The notes under the pieces were generated by a model. It did no database searches. It was not told the DNA's origin and saw only the letters and a program-made list of their open reading frames with translations. A DNA stretch of 62,311 bases, counting the filler, from Sphacelaria rigidula (Eukaryota): assembly GCA_964200075.2 (NCBI GenBank). It is 4 parts of 4 records of this genome, joined end to end, with 100 filler letters (N's around TTAATTAATTAA, not from the genome) between each part and the next. Parts side by side here need not be neighbours in the genome. Positions count along the whole stretch, not along the records: positions 1 to 15,508 come from CAXNAA020001720.1; positions 15,609 to 31,112 come from CAXNAA020001721.1; 2 more parts are not named here. The stretch is one strand, 5' to 3'. The translations under genes and the position numbers were made by a program. Below are positions 12,201-24,292 of the stretch, piece after piece. Position 1 is the stretch's first letter, and each line of letters begins with the position of its first letter.

Positions 12201-14448
12201 CTGAAGTAGGCAGCATTCAGCAGGTACAACCTTACACGGCGAGTTGTCATTCTGTTTTTTCCGAGGGTGAAGCACAATCTTTTCTTCAAAATAATCGGAA
12301 TGACGCTGTGGTGTAAAACATACACTTGTTTACATCCTGTGTATAGACTACGCATTTCTGTCATCGTTTTTCTTGTCTTTCCTCTTTCCATTTCTTTCCA
12401 TTTCCCCCCTTTTTGCTGTTCTTCTTTATCTCTCATTTTCAGTTTACCTTGTTCTTTGTTCGTGCTTTCACTCTCTCGAGTTTTCTCAAGTGGTTGTCTG
12501 TGTTTTGTTCACTTTGGATATGCCCATCTTGTGACTGGGGGTAGATTCCTCATGCTCTGGAAGATCTGAGGCATGCTGTCACTCAATAAATTCATCAGTC
12601 GACCAGAAGTACCCTGGTTTTCGTCGAAAAATCATCATATTTTGAGCCGCGGAATTTCGCGGAAGGTTACAAGGGCGTGCTCACGTTGTCGTATCGAAAA
12701 CGCCTCTCTATTTTTCTCAGCATGTGCGTATATATGTGGATAACATTCGGGGAAACGTGGGCACAAATTGAGATTTAACCCTTAGACCGCGAGATCAGTC
12801 TTTCTGGATCATGCATACATCTGTTTCACTTGAAATTGATGCCGATTCAACAGAAGACTGACCTCGCGCTCTAAGGGTTAAGGGCGTCTCCACCCTTTTG
12901 CGCGAATGTCTTTCCACCTTTTCTCCGCGACTGCTACAGTTGTATCTTAAGCAAGGGTCACGTACCAAGCCGCCCAATGGAAAACATATATCGTTTCCCG
13001 TGGGAATAGAAGTAACATGGTCGAGGACACACGGCGGTGGTCATCAAACACGACTTGCGCCGTGTCTTCTCTACCAGCCTGAGCCTGGCGCGCTCGCTCT
13101 CCGACCTCTACTTGTTACTATTGACGCCATTAGTCGGCCTTCAAACTGCCCTTGCCAAAATGCTTCGTGTGGCTGTGTGACCACTATAATAGATTTTCGA
13201 TGTACATGAGGCTCGTAAATCAACTATAATGTATAAATATTTTGATGCATAGTGCTAGAAACATCTCGGTACTACATGAGTACTTTCAGGCGCCGATTAA
13301 TCCGTCGGTGTGTCCTTCAACATATTTGTACTTTCATGTTTAATGTACATGCTTGGAGTGGCCAAAACCCTTACTATCTTTCTCAACAGGACTTTTCTGC
13401 GGCTATCAATTTCTATCACGCGGAGGCATCTCGCCGTGTCAATCCTAGTGGGGTGGACCAGAAGGAGGATACCTACAGGAAAAGGCAAACCGGTGAGTTG
13501 ATGCTGAATTTCCGAGGCCATTTCTTGGTAGAGGTCAGCTGAACTCGCCTATTTCAGAGCAAAACACATCCACTACTCAGCGGCCGTTTGGTCTGCACAG
13601 AATTGTCATACTTGACCTTCACGACATGTCCAGAAGCTCAAAACCACCACTTTACGTATGCACAGTGTTAATACATGACTCACGTAAAAACTGTTACTGG
13701 TGAGAACTGTATCCGAGAAGCATCTTCGGTGGCGTATGCAGGCGTCGGTACCGGAAGCATTAACTTCGTCTAAACCCCCGCAACGCTTCCGTGCGCCGGT
13801 ACTCCTCCTACGAGAAGACTTCTACCGTACTACAGTACCGGCACGTGATCGGCCGTAGACTTTCTGACTTCCGGTTTCATCAGCACTGTAATCTATGTAA
13901 TAAGATGCCACTCAAACGGTGGTTCACTGAAACAGGTATGCCGAGTTCTTACCGCTGTCGGTGAAAACCCCGGCTCGCCGGAAAATCACTGACTGGGGCC
14001 AATACAACAGAGTACCGCAACACCACACTGCACTAACCACTGCCGGTAGTACTAGGCCATTTCCTCAGGGTTTTCATGTTCCACTCCTTTACTATTATAG
14101 ATCAAGTTACGTGCGCTGAACGGGGTTGAGCATACCGGGAAACGCAAGGAAGGAGGGAAAGAGGAGGAACTGATGGAAACAGGAAGAGAATGGGTGGGAC
14201 CAACAGATCACACTCATGTTCTTTTAGCCTATGTCTCACAACGCTGATCCCTCGCGTTTACGGAATCACCGATACTCGATAAATGTAGTTGGCGGCAGAA
14301 GCGGCGGCGAAAATCGTGCTCGTGTTGGGGAGCTTGATTTAGGACCGATATACTTCAACCGTGCCTTGGTCCATGTGTGTCTGGGGGACGATGGCAGTGC
14401 GCTGGATGATTTGGACAGGGCTGTGGCTCGAGAAACTCGAAATATCAT
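9215..14448 (+). CDS. Spliced TPR-repeat protein gene, partial. Exons ~9215-9258, 9347-9413, 9543-9628, 9914-10067, 11217-11327, 13390-13492, 14289-14448
   Basis: All junctions are GT-AG and phase-consistent. The spliced product contains TPR-like helices: CHLMNGWAAQTAGNRRR|ALGHYRTAVASEPENVSALFCKAVLSAQSGEYFDALK|DFSAAINFY and IYFNRALVHVCLGDDGSALDDLDRAVARE. The first three exons are less certain. Confidence 0.7.
11599..11847. mobile_element. Complete intronic MITE, TIR GACACTTTCTACGATAGCCCCCCCC, 4-bp TSD CAGG
   Basis: Perfect terminal inverted repeats; cagg at 11595-11598 and 11848-11851. Confidence 0.85.
12779..12877. mobile_element. 99-bp piggyBac-type MITE
   Basis: TTAA|cccttagaccgcgagatcagtctt ... 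aagactgacctcgcgctctaaggg|TTAA. CCC/GGG termini with TTAA duplication. Confidence 0.85.
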
Positions 14449-15436
14449 GTATGTATGACGCCTTCGGATGAACCCGTCGACCGAGAAATTATGTGTGTTT
14501 GCAGCGCGTGTTTCAATTTGTCAATGGAGGGGGGAAAACATCAATAAACGCCATGCGAACGCAAAGTGCAGATTACCCCCCTTAATGGACGACTTTGTTT
14601 TGTGATCTGTGATCCCGTGGATCATTCCGATGGCCACGATTGGTATAGTCGATCAGAGTGCCGATCCGGATGGGGTAGAAGTGTAGCATTGTATAGCCAG
14701 GCAAAACAAAAGAGATTGACGTCAACGGGTGGGGGCGGAGCATCATGGTCGACCATCGAGACTGTACCCACGCCTTAAAACACGCCAACGATAGTCAACA
14801 ACGTTTTCATGAGGTTGGGAGTAGAGCGCTGATTGAGAGTGGCTTTGATCACTCGCTTTAAATTAGTCAACTTTTCATTCAGTGTGTGCTTTTTTTTGCC
14901 TCCACCACTAGCGTGTGCATACAACTACACATCGATATCCTACTCAGGGATATCAAGGGCCTCAGTGGCAAAAGCTACTACAGAAAGCATATTGGGCCTC
15001 GTCGAGGGGCATTTCGGAACTGAAACAATTCATTCACTAATTGAATGCTTTTCACTCTCAATCATATCCTCTACTCTCAATTTTTCAAAAACACTGTCAG
15101 TCGTAGATCCCACCACATGTAACGGTCAAACCATAGAACGCAAATACCTCACTGCTGTATCATAAATCCAGCACCGTAAAACTTACTGATGACGCTGTCC
15201 ACAGGAACATTCTCCCTTAACTGATGTATCAGTAGGTAGGGTCGAAAAAAGCACTTCAAAGGAAAAACTCAGTCATTTGAGCAGAATCCCCCTCGGCGCT
15301 ACGCGTCATCGAACGGGTGCTTAAAAAAGATGACATCTGTTTCCGTCCAGAGACATTCCAAGAAATTTTCATGCTGCGGGTGCGCCCCGTTTTCAATCGT
15401 CACACCAGCATCCATTACCGGAACATTATTCGAAAG

Positions 15437-15508
15437 AGTCATCCTACGATAGGGGGGGGGGTATTTGGTTGCACGAAAAAAGAGGCTCAAAAGTGTGTCA
15501 GACATCCT
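15437..15508. mobile_element. Left end of a GAGTCATCCTACGATAG-TIR MITE, truncated by the contig end
   Basis: Matches 52546-52620. Confidence 0.75.
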
Positions 15509-15608
15509 NNNNNNNNNNNNNNNNNNNNNNNNNNNNNNNNNNNNNNNNNNNNTTAATTAATTAANNNNNNNNNNNNNNNNNNNNNNNNNNNNNNNNNNNN
15601 NNNNNNNN
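15509..15608. other. Artificial contig-joining linker
   Basis: N44-TTAATTAATTAA-N44; the insert has stop codons in all six frames. Confidence 0.97.
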
Positions 15609-15621
15609 CATTGCGGTCAGT

Positions 15622-15935
15622 ATGATACCATATATGCGACTATTGGGTGCGTATTGCGGAAGGCATTTGCTGATGACACAATTTTGGGTGATCACCGTGA
15701 ACCAGCCTGTAGCGGCAACCGACGTCGATGCTGAATACAACCTATTGACGCTTTGGAGGGACAACAGGAGCTGTCTGCCGGCTTGGCACAGCATGGCAAT
15801 GAACCTGGCGCTGATCCACCCATCGTCAAGCTTCATAGAGCGAGTTTTCTCCATCCTCCGGGCGTGACTGGATAGTCAACGGAGCAAACTCTTAGTTATC
15901 GCATTGCCGCAGTAATGCTCCTCAAATACGACAGA
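15622..15935 (+). pseudogene. hAT transposase C-terminal dimerisation domain remnant
   Basis: LLTLWRDNRSCLPAWHSMAMNLALIHPSSSFIERVFSIL matches the hAT W...LP...LA...PxSS..ERVFS signature. An in-frame stop follows. Confidence 0.85.
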
Positions 15936-16046
15936 GGTCGAGGTCGTCAGAGTTCATACTGTACAGTACATTGTACGCGTGTTTGTTTTGTGTCGTGCGC
16001 TTTCATGAAAACGTTTTTCAGACCTGCGATCGATCAGACTGGAAAT

Positions 16047-16672
16047 TGTGGTGAGCCCAGTTTTCAGGCGAGAAACTAGATTGGGAAACAGTGTGTAAAT
16101 ACAGGGAATGGATGTAAAAGGGGTGGTATCGGAGTATGGATGGAGTATGATCCCAGTACCGCATTAGGCGAGGACGGCAGTTCAAGGAGAATCGACAACA
16201 GAGAGTCTTGTTTTGGAGTGGTAAAGTACCGAGGGCCCAGCCCATCGCCAGGTGTGACTTATTGTTTGAACCGGGAACCTGGGTGTGCAAATAGCGCACC
16301 AAGTAACTGCCAAGGTAGCGGTTAGGCTTTGAGCACTCAGAGTGCGGGGCATCTTTTGTACGTGGTTGGGGGCAAATTTCTGAGTTTGGCACGCCCCACC
16401 TCTGTCAGTTCTTACCAATCCCTCAACATCTTGGGTTTAGACCAGCAGGAATATGGCGAGTGCAGTGCAGGTAAGGGTAAAAATCGATTCAACACCAACT
16501 TTCATCATCGCTTCTTCAGCCAACACCCACACCTCCATGAGGAAACATCTTCCTTGACAGACTCAGCAGCTTGCCTCAGCTTTGGGTAGCTTACAACCAA
16601 GCGCCACAGCACCAAGAGCTTACTGGTGAAAAGCAGGTCTCAGTGTCTCGTGGGCGAAAATCAGGTTCCTCA
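16047..16672 (+). repeat. 5' LTR of Gypsy element A (TG...CA, 626 bp)
   Basis: Starts tgtggtgagcccag and ends ggttcctca. Homologous to 26457-26980 plus 28463-28574. Confidence 0.9.
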
Positions 16673-16675
16673 GAG

Positions 16676-16695
16676 TGGCGTCGTCGACTGGTTTG
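16676..16695 (+). promoter_or_regulatory. Primer-binding site of element A (tRNA 3'-end complement, possibly tRNA-Ser)
   Basis: TGGCGTCGTCGACTGG lies 3 nt after the LTR and is the complement of ...CCAGTCGACGACG-CCA (discriminator base G). The tRNA identity is inference. Confidence 0.65.
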
Positions 16696-19539
16696 CTGCG
16701 CTGCTGCTTGAAGGGTTGCGGTTTCTGCTCGGGTGCTTTGATCATGTCAGGTGCGACGGGTACTCGTGGTGAGGGTGGGGGGAGAGGTCCGTTCACGCGG
16801 TCCCAGCTTTCTGCTGTGGCCCCATGCCGGGCTGCATCCTCGCGTCGGGTTGCGGCGCGCGCGGGTAGAGCGGTGCGTGGTGATTCTGGGTCGGATTCTT
16901 CGATGCATCGTGTACGTTCTGCTAGCTTGTCGGGCCGTTCAGAACGTTCGTCTCACGAGTTGGATTGTAAACCCGCACATGTTGGTGAGAACTCCCCTCC
17001 GTCGCCGGAGGGTGAGGCGGGTTCGACCGGGTCGACCCCGCCGGGGAGTGTTGTGGAGCGTAGGGAGGGTTTGGTACGTGACGTTGATCCCGGTTCCCCT
17101 CATGAGGGCTTGCCGGTAGCCGGTGGTGGGATTTCTGGTTTGTGTTTTAGTAAAGACACGATCGCCGACCGACGGCGACGGTTTAATCCCAAAATCTTGG
17201 CACAGTAAGATGGGGAATCTAGCTCCGTCTATTCGGGGGATAAAGGTCAAGCGGCGGTGGCACTTCCGCCGGTGCGTAGGTTGAGTGCGACCTCGATATT
17301 CGGCGAGGTCGTCCAGTGTGATGCATGTGAGGGTGGAGGTACCTGTTGCCGGGATAGTGGCGACAGGGCTGAGTGTGACGGTGTTGAGAGACCGTGATGG
17401 GCGGTCACGGCTGGGCAACGACCCTCACAGTATGTCGGTGACCCCCGCGTGAATTGTGTTTGGCTATTTCCGCAGACGCTGCGAGACGGCGCACCCGTTC
17501 GGCACGGCATACTGCCGATGCTGTCGAGGTACGTATACCGGCTGCGGCTGGGGCGGGGGATTCTGTTTGGGGCTGCGGGGAACCTCCGCAGGTGGTGGTG
17601 CCGTTGGCACGGTTGTCGGAGCCGGTTAGTGTTTTCTGCCGGGAACAGTGCCCGTAGGTGCGGTCCACGCGCGTGTTCATGCGCACGCTTCACGCGCTAA
17701 GAGCGAGTAGCCGGCCGGGATGTGTACAAGATGGGCTTTCGTGGCGCTATCATGAAAGGTGCGTAGAGTCCGACGTTCTAAAAGTGCTGAGTGTTGTTAT
17801 GCGATTGGCGGATTTGATGTCAACTGTGATTTGTTTACTGGCAGAGGGTGCCTTGGGGTCGGATACCCTGGCGTGCTTGGTGTAGGTAATTAGTACGGAA
17901 CTTGGTAGCCTTCCTCCGGGGGCCGTTTACGAGAGTTGATTAATATCTGAGCGTCCGAGAGGACGAGGTTTGCGGACTATTTGCGAAATCACCGCATGTT
18001 GGTGATAATGGTTGAATGGTTGCGTACTGAGATGGTCCCAGATCAAGAGACGTACAGTCGGTCATGGAAACGGCCATTCGCGACCAATCCCCTTGGGTTT
18101 GTACTCATGTTCCTGCGGGTCAAGACGAGTGTGCCACGTCTTTTGATTCACAGGTAAGGTCGATGGCGAACTGAGATGGTTTCTGGTCACACGAAATATG
18201 GACGCAGGGGCCACGTCTTGTGTCGGAGCCTGCGAGTCAGGGTCGGTCTTTCGGCGGGGGCGTGATAAGCATCACGGAGATGCGCGGTTTTGTCGGAGAG
18301 GACCGCGAGATAGAGTATGTGTACATGGTGAGGCGGGGTAATTCGGACAAGTTCGGCAAGAGCAAGGGCCCTCCATTTTACGAACCCTTTCCCACCCGGG
18401 AGTTGAAGAACAAGCGCGGGAAGCATTCGAGCCGTATCGTCTCAACTGTGGTAGCGCCGACCACACTTTGGCTCGCGAGTGTCTGGAAGGATAAATATAC
18501 AAGTAGGGTTTGATTCATCACTCGATGGGTGTGAGTACGCCGGATGAGGTTCGCCAAAAGTGGGCGCGGTGGCAGCGCCGCCTTCGCTCTTACTTCACCG
18601 AAAATTACCCTCAGAAGAAATGAGGATTCGACGGTGAAGATCTGGCCGCTTTACCGGCAGCACAGGGGTCAGTGCAAAATGATGCTCGTCGACCTCGAAA
18701 AGGTCGATCGCCTGTGTCACTGGTTCCACTGCAGGCTGAGCCTACCGTATGTGGCGATTTTTTCTGTCATCTTCCACTGGTACAGTGTGAACTAGGGCAA
18801 GGAAGCAGAGTACATTCTGCCTGGGGGCGTCGGTAAAAGTGAGGGGGTTGTTCTGTTTAGGAGGCTGCTGCGGGGTCTGACCAACCTTAGGGAGTCACTG
18901 GCGAGGCGGAAGCAGTTTCACTATGCTCTGTAAATCTACAGCGCGTAAGCCTCGCGGGGTGGAGATTGACCGACGGGGAGGAGACATATTTCGGGGGAGC
19001 GCCCTGAATGGTCTCTCTGCCCGCAGTGCCGTAGGTGCGCGGGCACAGGAGTCACTGGTGGACGCCAGCTGTCGCGGTGGGCGTTGCTCATGTCCGACAG
19101 ACGCTAGGGATAAGGACAGGACGGTCTTCATGTGATGATATTGTCACATGGTACAGAGAGCCCAGCAGGTAAATGCGTCCAGGGTGAGGTAAGCATATCG
19201 CGCCAGGGCGCACGAGGTTTTCGTTGTACTCGGCGTCGTCACCCTGAGAAGGGGGCGGCTTCATGCGCTACCACGGGGGGTTTGCTCTCTCTGGCTCCGG
19301 GTCAGACTTGAGTGGGCCACGCTTTGACCAACTTTCCTTGGGGAGGATCTCGGTGGACAGGCCAGCCAAGCTCAACACACTTTCGGGAGAGGTCACTTCG
19401 GGGACCACCTTCGGCTCTGTGCCACGCAGTGTGGTTGATGTACCCGACCACGCGAAACCGTACGGTTCCTCTCGAGGCACGGGAGCATCCGAGGTTGTTC
19501 GCCCCGCACGATCTGTGGCTGGTAATCTCGAGGAAGGTA

Positions 19540-20088
19540 CAGTAGTGGGCGGTCTCACTCTTCAGCGGGGCTGTGGGGTTTTCCTCGCGTACTACTCTTC
19601 GATGGAACTCGAAATTGCTAGCGTCCGTAGGTTTTGGTACAATAAACAGATCATCCCCGAAACGTTGTGCCCAAATCAGTGCCAGTTGGTGTTATCGGGC
19701 GAAGCGAGTAAATAGCCCGTTCATCAGGAGGGTGTTTTTGACCGTGGGATATAGTTTTTCGGCTCTAGTGCAATGAGTAGGCAGTAAATCGAAAAAATAG
19801 AATTGTACATTTTTTTAGAAATATGATCGGGACAGGATCAATCGACCGAAAATACCGAAGAGTAAGAATCTGGGCTAAAACATCGCGAGACCCCCGATGA
19901 CCGGTCAGCCCGTAAGTCGCTCAATATTGAGTGTAGATGACTTTTTTTCTTACGATGTGGAGAGGATAGAAATATCATCAGACCCCCTATGTGATAAGTG
20001 GTGGCAAGCGAAAAGAGCCCAAGAAAACCGCTAATTACGAAGAAATCACAAAATGCCTCAAAATGAATAGTTAGACCGCCCACTACTG
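19540..20088. mobile_element. Tc1/pogo-type non-autonomous element nested in Gypsy A
   Basis: TA|cagtagtgggcggtctcact ... agttagaccgcccactactg|TA. Confidence 0.9.
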
Positions 20089-23000
20089 TAGTCCGATTTG
20101 CACGAAGGAGCATATTTATGCTCTGGATCCGTCGAGGAATCGTTTGAAAATTGTGGATCCCTCTCGTACCCCCGATCTCATTTCCTGTCAGGTTCCGCGC
20201 GGGCGGCAACGCCCGTTCCTCCAGGAAATAGCGGAGGTTTCTGGCGAGTATGTGTCGGTAAATCGCGCATGAAACACGGCAGGGGTTAGGGTGTTTGGTG
20301 GGCCTAAGGCGACTCGCATGTGGGATTGCTCGGCTTTGCCAAATAGGGGAAGTCCTGCGACGTTCATCCTAGCAAAGGTATGGATGTCTGCGGTCGCGTA
20401 TGGGGCTGAATTTGGGGCCGCGATGCGGGATATTATTCCTGTATCGTGGGGCGGGTTCAATGGTGATCTGAAAACTTTTATGGACGGCTCACGCAAAGGT
20501 CGAAATTCGGGCACGAGTGCCTGTTTCGCGATCTACGCACATATTGTCCCGGAGGATACTATTTTGTCTGATTTGCTGCTGGGTTGCGATAGGTTAGCTC
20601 AGTGTCCGGTGCGCTCGTATCGCGATGTTAGTGATATCAAAACTACCATGTCGCTCACGGGGCCCGCTCGGGCTGTTGGACCCACCTCGTTCGATCGCTG
20701 AGTTCAAAACGCCGTGGGCATGATTGAACAACCGACGACGTCTGATGGGGAGGTGGTCGTGGTTTTTTCCTGGGAAACTGAGCTGGCTTTGACGCACGAG
20801 TTGCCTTGGGTTCCCGTCACACTGTGCACGCCTGGGGGGGTCCTGCCCCGGACGGTCAGTAATATGTGTATTTCGACGCGGGCTGGTCCCCTTCGGAAAT
20901 GGTTGTGGAGGCGGGGGATTCAACTATTTCTTCGCGCTTCACGGATGTGGAGTGTGCGGTGGCTTTGCCTGGGATGAAATTGGGGTCAGCTGGGTCACCG
21001 CTGACGCCTTGCTCGCACAACGATGCTAAAACTTCCAGGTTGCCGGACTCGGCATCAACTGCCGCTTTTGCACCTGAGACGGTGCAACCGGAGCCGCCGT
21101 AGGCCATGTGTTGTGATTCATGTGCGGAGAAACGTTCCGCTTTTCGTCAGTTAGGGGATCGCATTCCGCTAGACTTGCAAAGTATTAATTTCGGGGGACA
21201 AGACAAATACTGGCAGGTTGAGGACGTTGACAAGTTGGCTGAGGTGCTGTGCAAACTCTCTTACCGGTTTTCGATGGATAAAATGGATTTGGGGTACTGT
21301 ACGGTGGATCCGTTCAAAATCAAGCTGAAGGCGGGGGCTACTCCCATCAAACAACGGCCGTACCGTCACAACCCGGCCACGCAACAGAAGGTGCAGGTCG
21401 CAATTGACCGTTTGTGGCGGGGCTCCTTCGCCGTTCTTACTGCAATTGGAGCTCCCCGTTGGTGGTAGTTAACGAGAAAGATGGGGGCGTACGTTTGACG
21501 TGTAAGTATCGGAAACTTAATGAGGCCACCATCATACCCGTTCTGCCCATTCCTACCATCGGTGAGTTGTTGGACGAGCTCGGAGATGCCAAGGTGTTCA
21601 CCTGCCTGGGTATTCTGTCTGGTTATTTCAACATCTCTATCCACTCTTATACCACTCCTCCTACCGCGGTGTGTACGCAAACTGGTCTGAACCAGTGGTT
21701 GGTGATGCCAATTGGATGTGGTGGGAGCCCGGGGTGGTTTCAATCCATCATGGCTCGAGTGTTAAAAGGTCTGGTGCATTGCCGGTCGTACATCGATGAT
21801 ATTTGTACGTTCAGCAACAATGGGGCCGAACGTGTGAACGATATGACTACCTTTCTGGAGCGTCTCACCAAATTAAACCTGAAATTGGCGCCGAAGAGTG
21901 TTCACTTTGGGGCTGGTGAAAACGCCGAAGAAGACTCACTTTCCTTGGACACCGTATCTCGGCGAAGAAGGTGGACGCCCTGTGCCTCGTGCCGATGCCT
22001 ACTAATGTGAGCGAATTGCGTTCGCTCATGGGGTGTTTGAGTTACTATTGAAATGTATCCCCAAATATTTCGGTCCGTACCAAGGCCATCAACAGGTTGT
22101 TGAAAAAGGGTGCCGATTTCCATTTCACGTCGGACCATGAGAAAACGGTACGCGGATTTCTGGGGGAGTTATCTGGCTCGAAAGTTCCTCCTTTTTCTGA
22201 TTACGATGATGCGGTGTCGGGTGGTTGTCCGTTTATGTCGGTCACGGATGCTAGCAAAGAGGGGCTGGGTGCGGTGGTCGAGCAACGCCATTTGGACGGT
22301 GATGTGCGGCCGCTGTGTTTTTTTAGCCGCAGCACATTGCCTAACGAGTGCAATTGGACTACCACCGAGCTGGAAGCTGGTGTCATTGTGTGGGCAGTTC
22401 AAAAACCGGCCGCTGTTCTGTGGAATACCTTTTCAAATTTACAGCGATCATCAACCTTAGCGAAATTTGTTCAGCCTTGCGGAGAAAGTGACTACGGTCA
22501 AGCGCTGACAAAAAATTCTCAGTGCCTACACCTCTCAGATCTTTTACAAACCCGAGGTGTCGAATTCGAAGGTCGACATGCTATCGCGGCTTCCTCAATT
22601 GCATAGCGAGGACAATGTCATGGATCGGTTTCAAATCTCCGACCCGGCTAATGTGGATGTCTATTTTTTCGGTGCCAGTTTTGTGGTGCCGCGATATTTT
22701 GGCACCCGCCATGAGTCCAGCTTGGATGGGCTTTCGTCCGGGTTGTCTTATCATCGTGCTTCCAGCCTGGATGGGCTTCCTCTCCGAGGATATTTTCACA
22801 GGGGGGGACAGGGCGGATTCGGTCGCACCATTGACAACTTCCGAGGTGACGGACGTTAAATGGAAACGTATTCAAGAGATATTGAAGTCAAAAAGATCTC
22901 AACTGGACTGGAAGTGACCTGAAGTAGTGAAGGATGGTTCGCGGCTTCTCTCCCGGAGTGTTTCCGATGTGGTGTGTGGACACTGGGAACCGGGTGTGTG

Positions 23001-24034
23001 GTAACATGTCTGCCCTGTTACTCAAGTGGAGAAAATGTGTATTACACGAGTCAGCGGGCCCGGAATGTGTTGTAATCACGGAGGGTGATGCCGGGTCGGA
23101 TCATGAGGACGTTTCGGATAATCCCGCGCCCACTGTAGACGCGGTAGAAGCGTGTAATTTTGGGGAGTGATTGTGTGCCAGGCCAGCAGGTGACTGGGCG
23201 CAAATCGAACATACTGACTTGACCTCTCGAACGACTACCCAGTATATCTCACAGGGGAAGACAGTACTCTCGAAAGGAGAGGAAAAATCAGTGAATAGCG
23301 CGATTGACGTGAAATAATTGAGGGCTCTGTTAAGACAAGGAGGATTGTTGGAACTGGCGGACGGTGGCAAACCTTGAGTGAAAAGTTGACCACCCCGCCC
23401 GTGGTGTCGGAGAATCGTAATCCAGGTGTTTTTGAGCGATACCTCGGGAAGAACCGGTGAGAACCTATTCCCCATCGATGCTGAGACCCTGTGTAATGGA
23501 CCTAACACACAACGGAGCAGTGCACCTGAGAGAAAAAGCGACTCTCTTCTGCAACGATATTGTAGGTTGATAGGCATCAAGGAAAGTGTGAAATTCTGGA
23601 TTCGACGCTGCTACTCGTGTCAGACCAAGAAATCTGATCGGTATACTGCGCGGGGGCCTTTGGTCTCGCTACCACTACCCAGTCGGCCAGGGCAAATGGT
23701 AGCTTTTGATTTTCTGGGTAATCTACCTCAAAAGAAGAGAGGTAATAGGCATATGTTTCTCATGATGGAATTTTTCAGTAGACACGCGGAAGCTTACGAT
23801 ATCACTCCCAAAGAGCATCCGGCAACCGGCTGTGCTACGATCATCGCGGGGGATGATGTGCCACGATGGGGTTGCCCGCACAATGTCTTGTCAGATCGGG
23901 GATCGAAGTTCACATCCGCTGTGTGTAGGTCGGTGTACGAAATAATCGGTGCTGTAAAACGATTCACGAGCTCGTATCATCCTCAGACGAATGGGATGGC
24001 GGAGCGGTTGAACCATACTCCATGTCAAATGCTG

Positions 24035-24292
24035 CACGCTTCGGACGAATCATCGCCGGTTTGAGTCACCAAATCCACGATTTTTCAGGCCTGATTGCTC
24101 GAAAGAGAGGAAAACGTCGACCAGTGGTAAAAAAAGTCTCCACGCATTGTTTGCGTCATACTACGTGCCTGGGCTGCGCGTACCTGGGTTGCAACGCTGG
24201 AAACAAAGCCCAAGGATTGATTCGTGCGGTACGAATCAATTGCACTAAAATCAAGTAATTTCCAGACGAACCATCAATTCGTCCGACCCTTG
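24035..24292. mobile_element. 258-bp MITE with 8-bp TSD (hAT/P-type) inserted in the integrase of Gypsy A
   Basis: TSD aaatgctg at 24027-24034 and 24293-24300. TIRs cacgcttcggacgaat / (reverse complement) caagggtcggacgaat. Removal restores NHTPCQML-SCLVVDDRSN...RGTGVSPNEVHIGR. Confidence 0.9.

Noticed and set aside
15553-15564. TTAATTAATTAA as a biological motif or piggyBac site
   Set aside because: It is identical in all three N-gaps and is an assembly linker.
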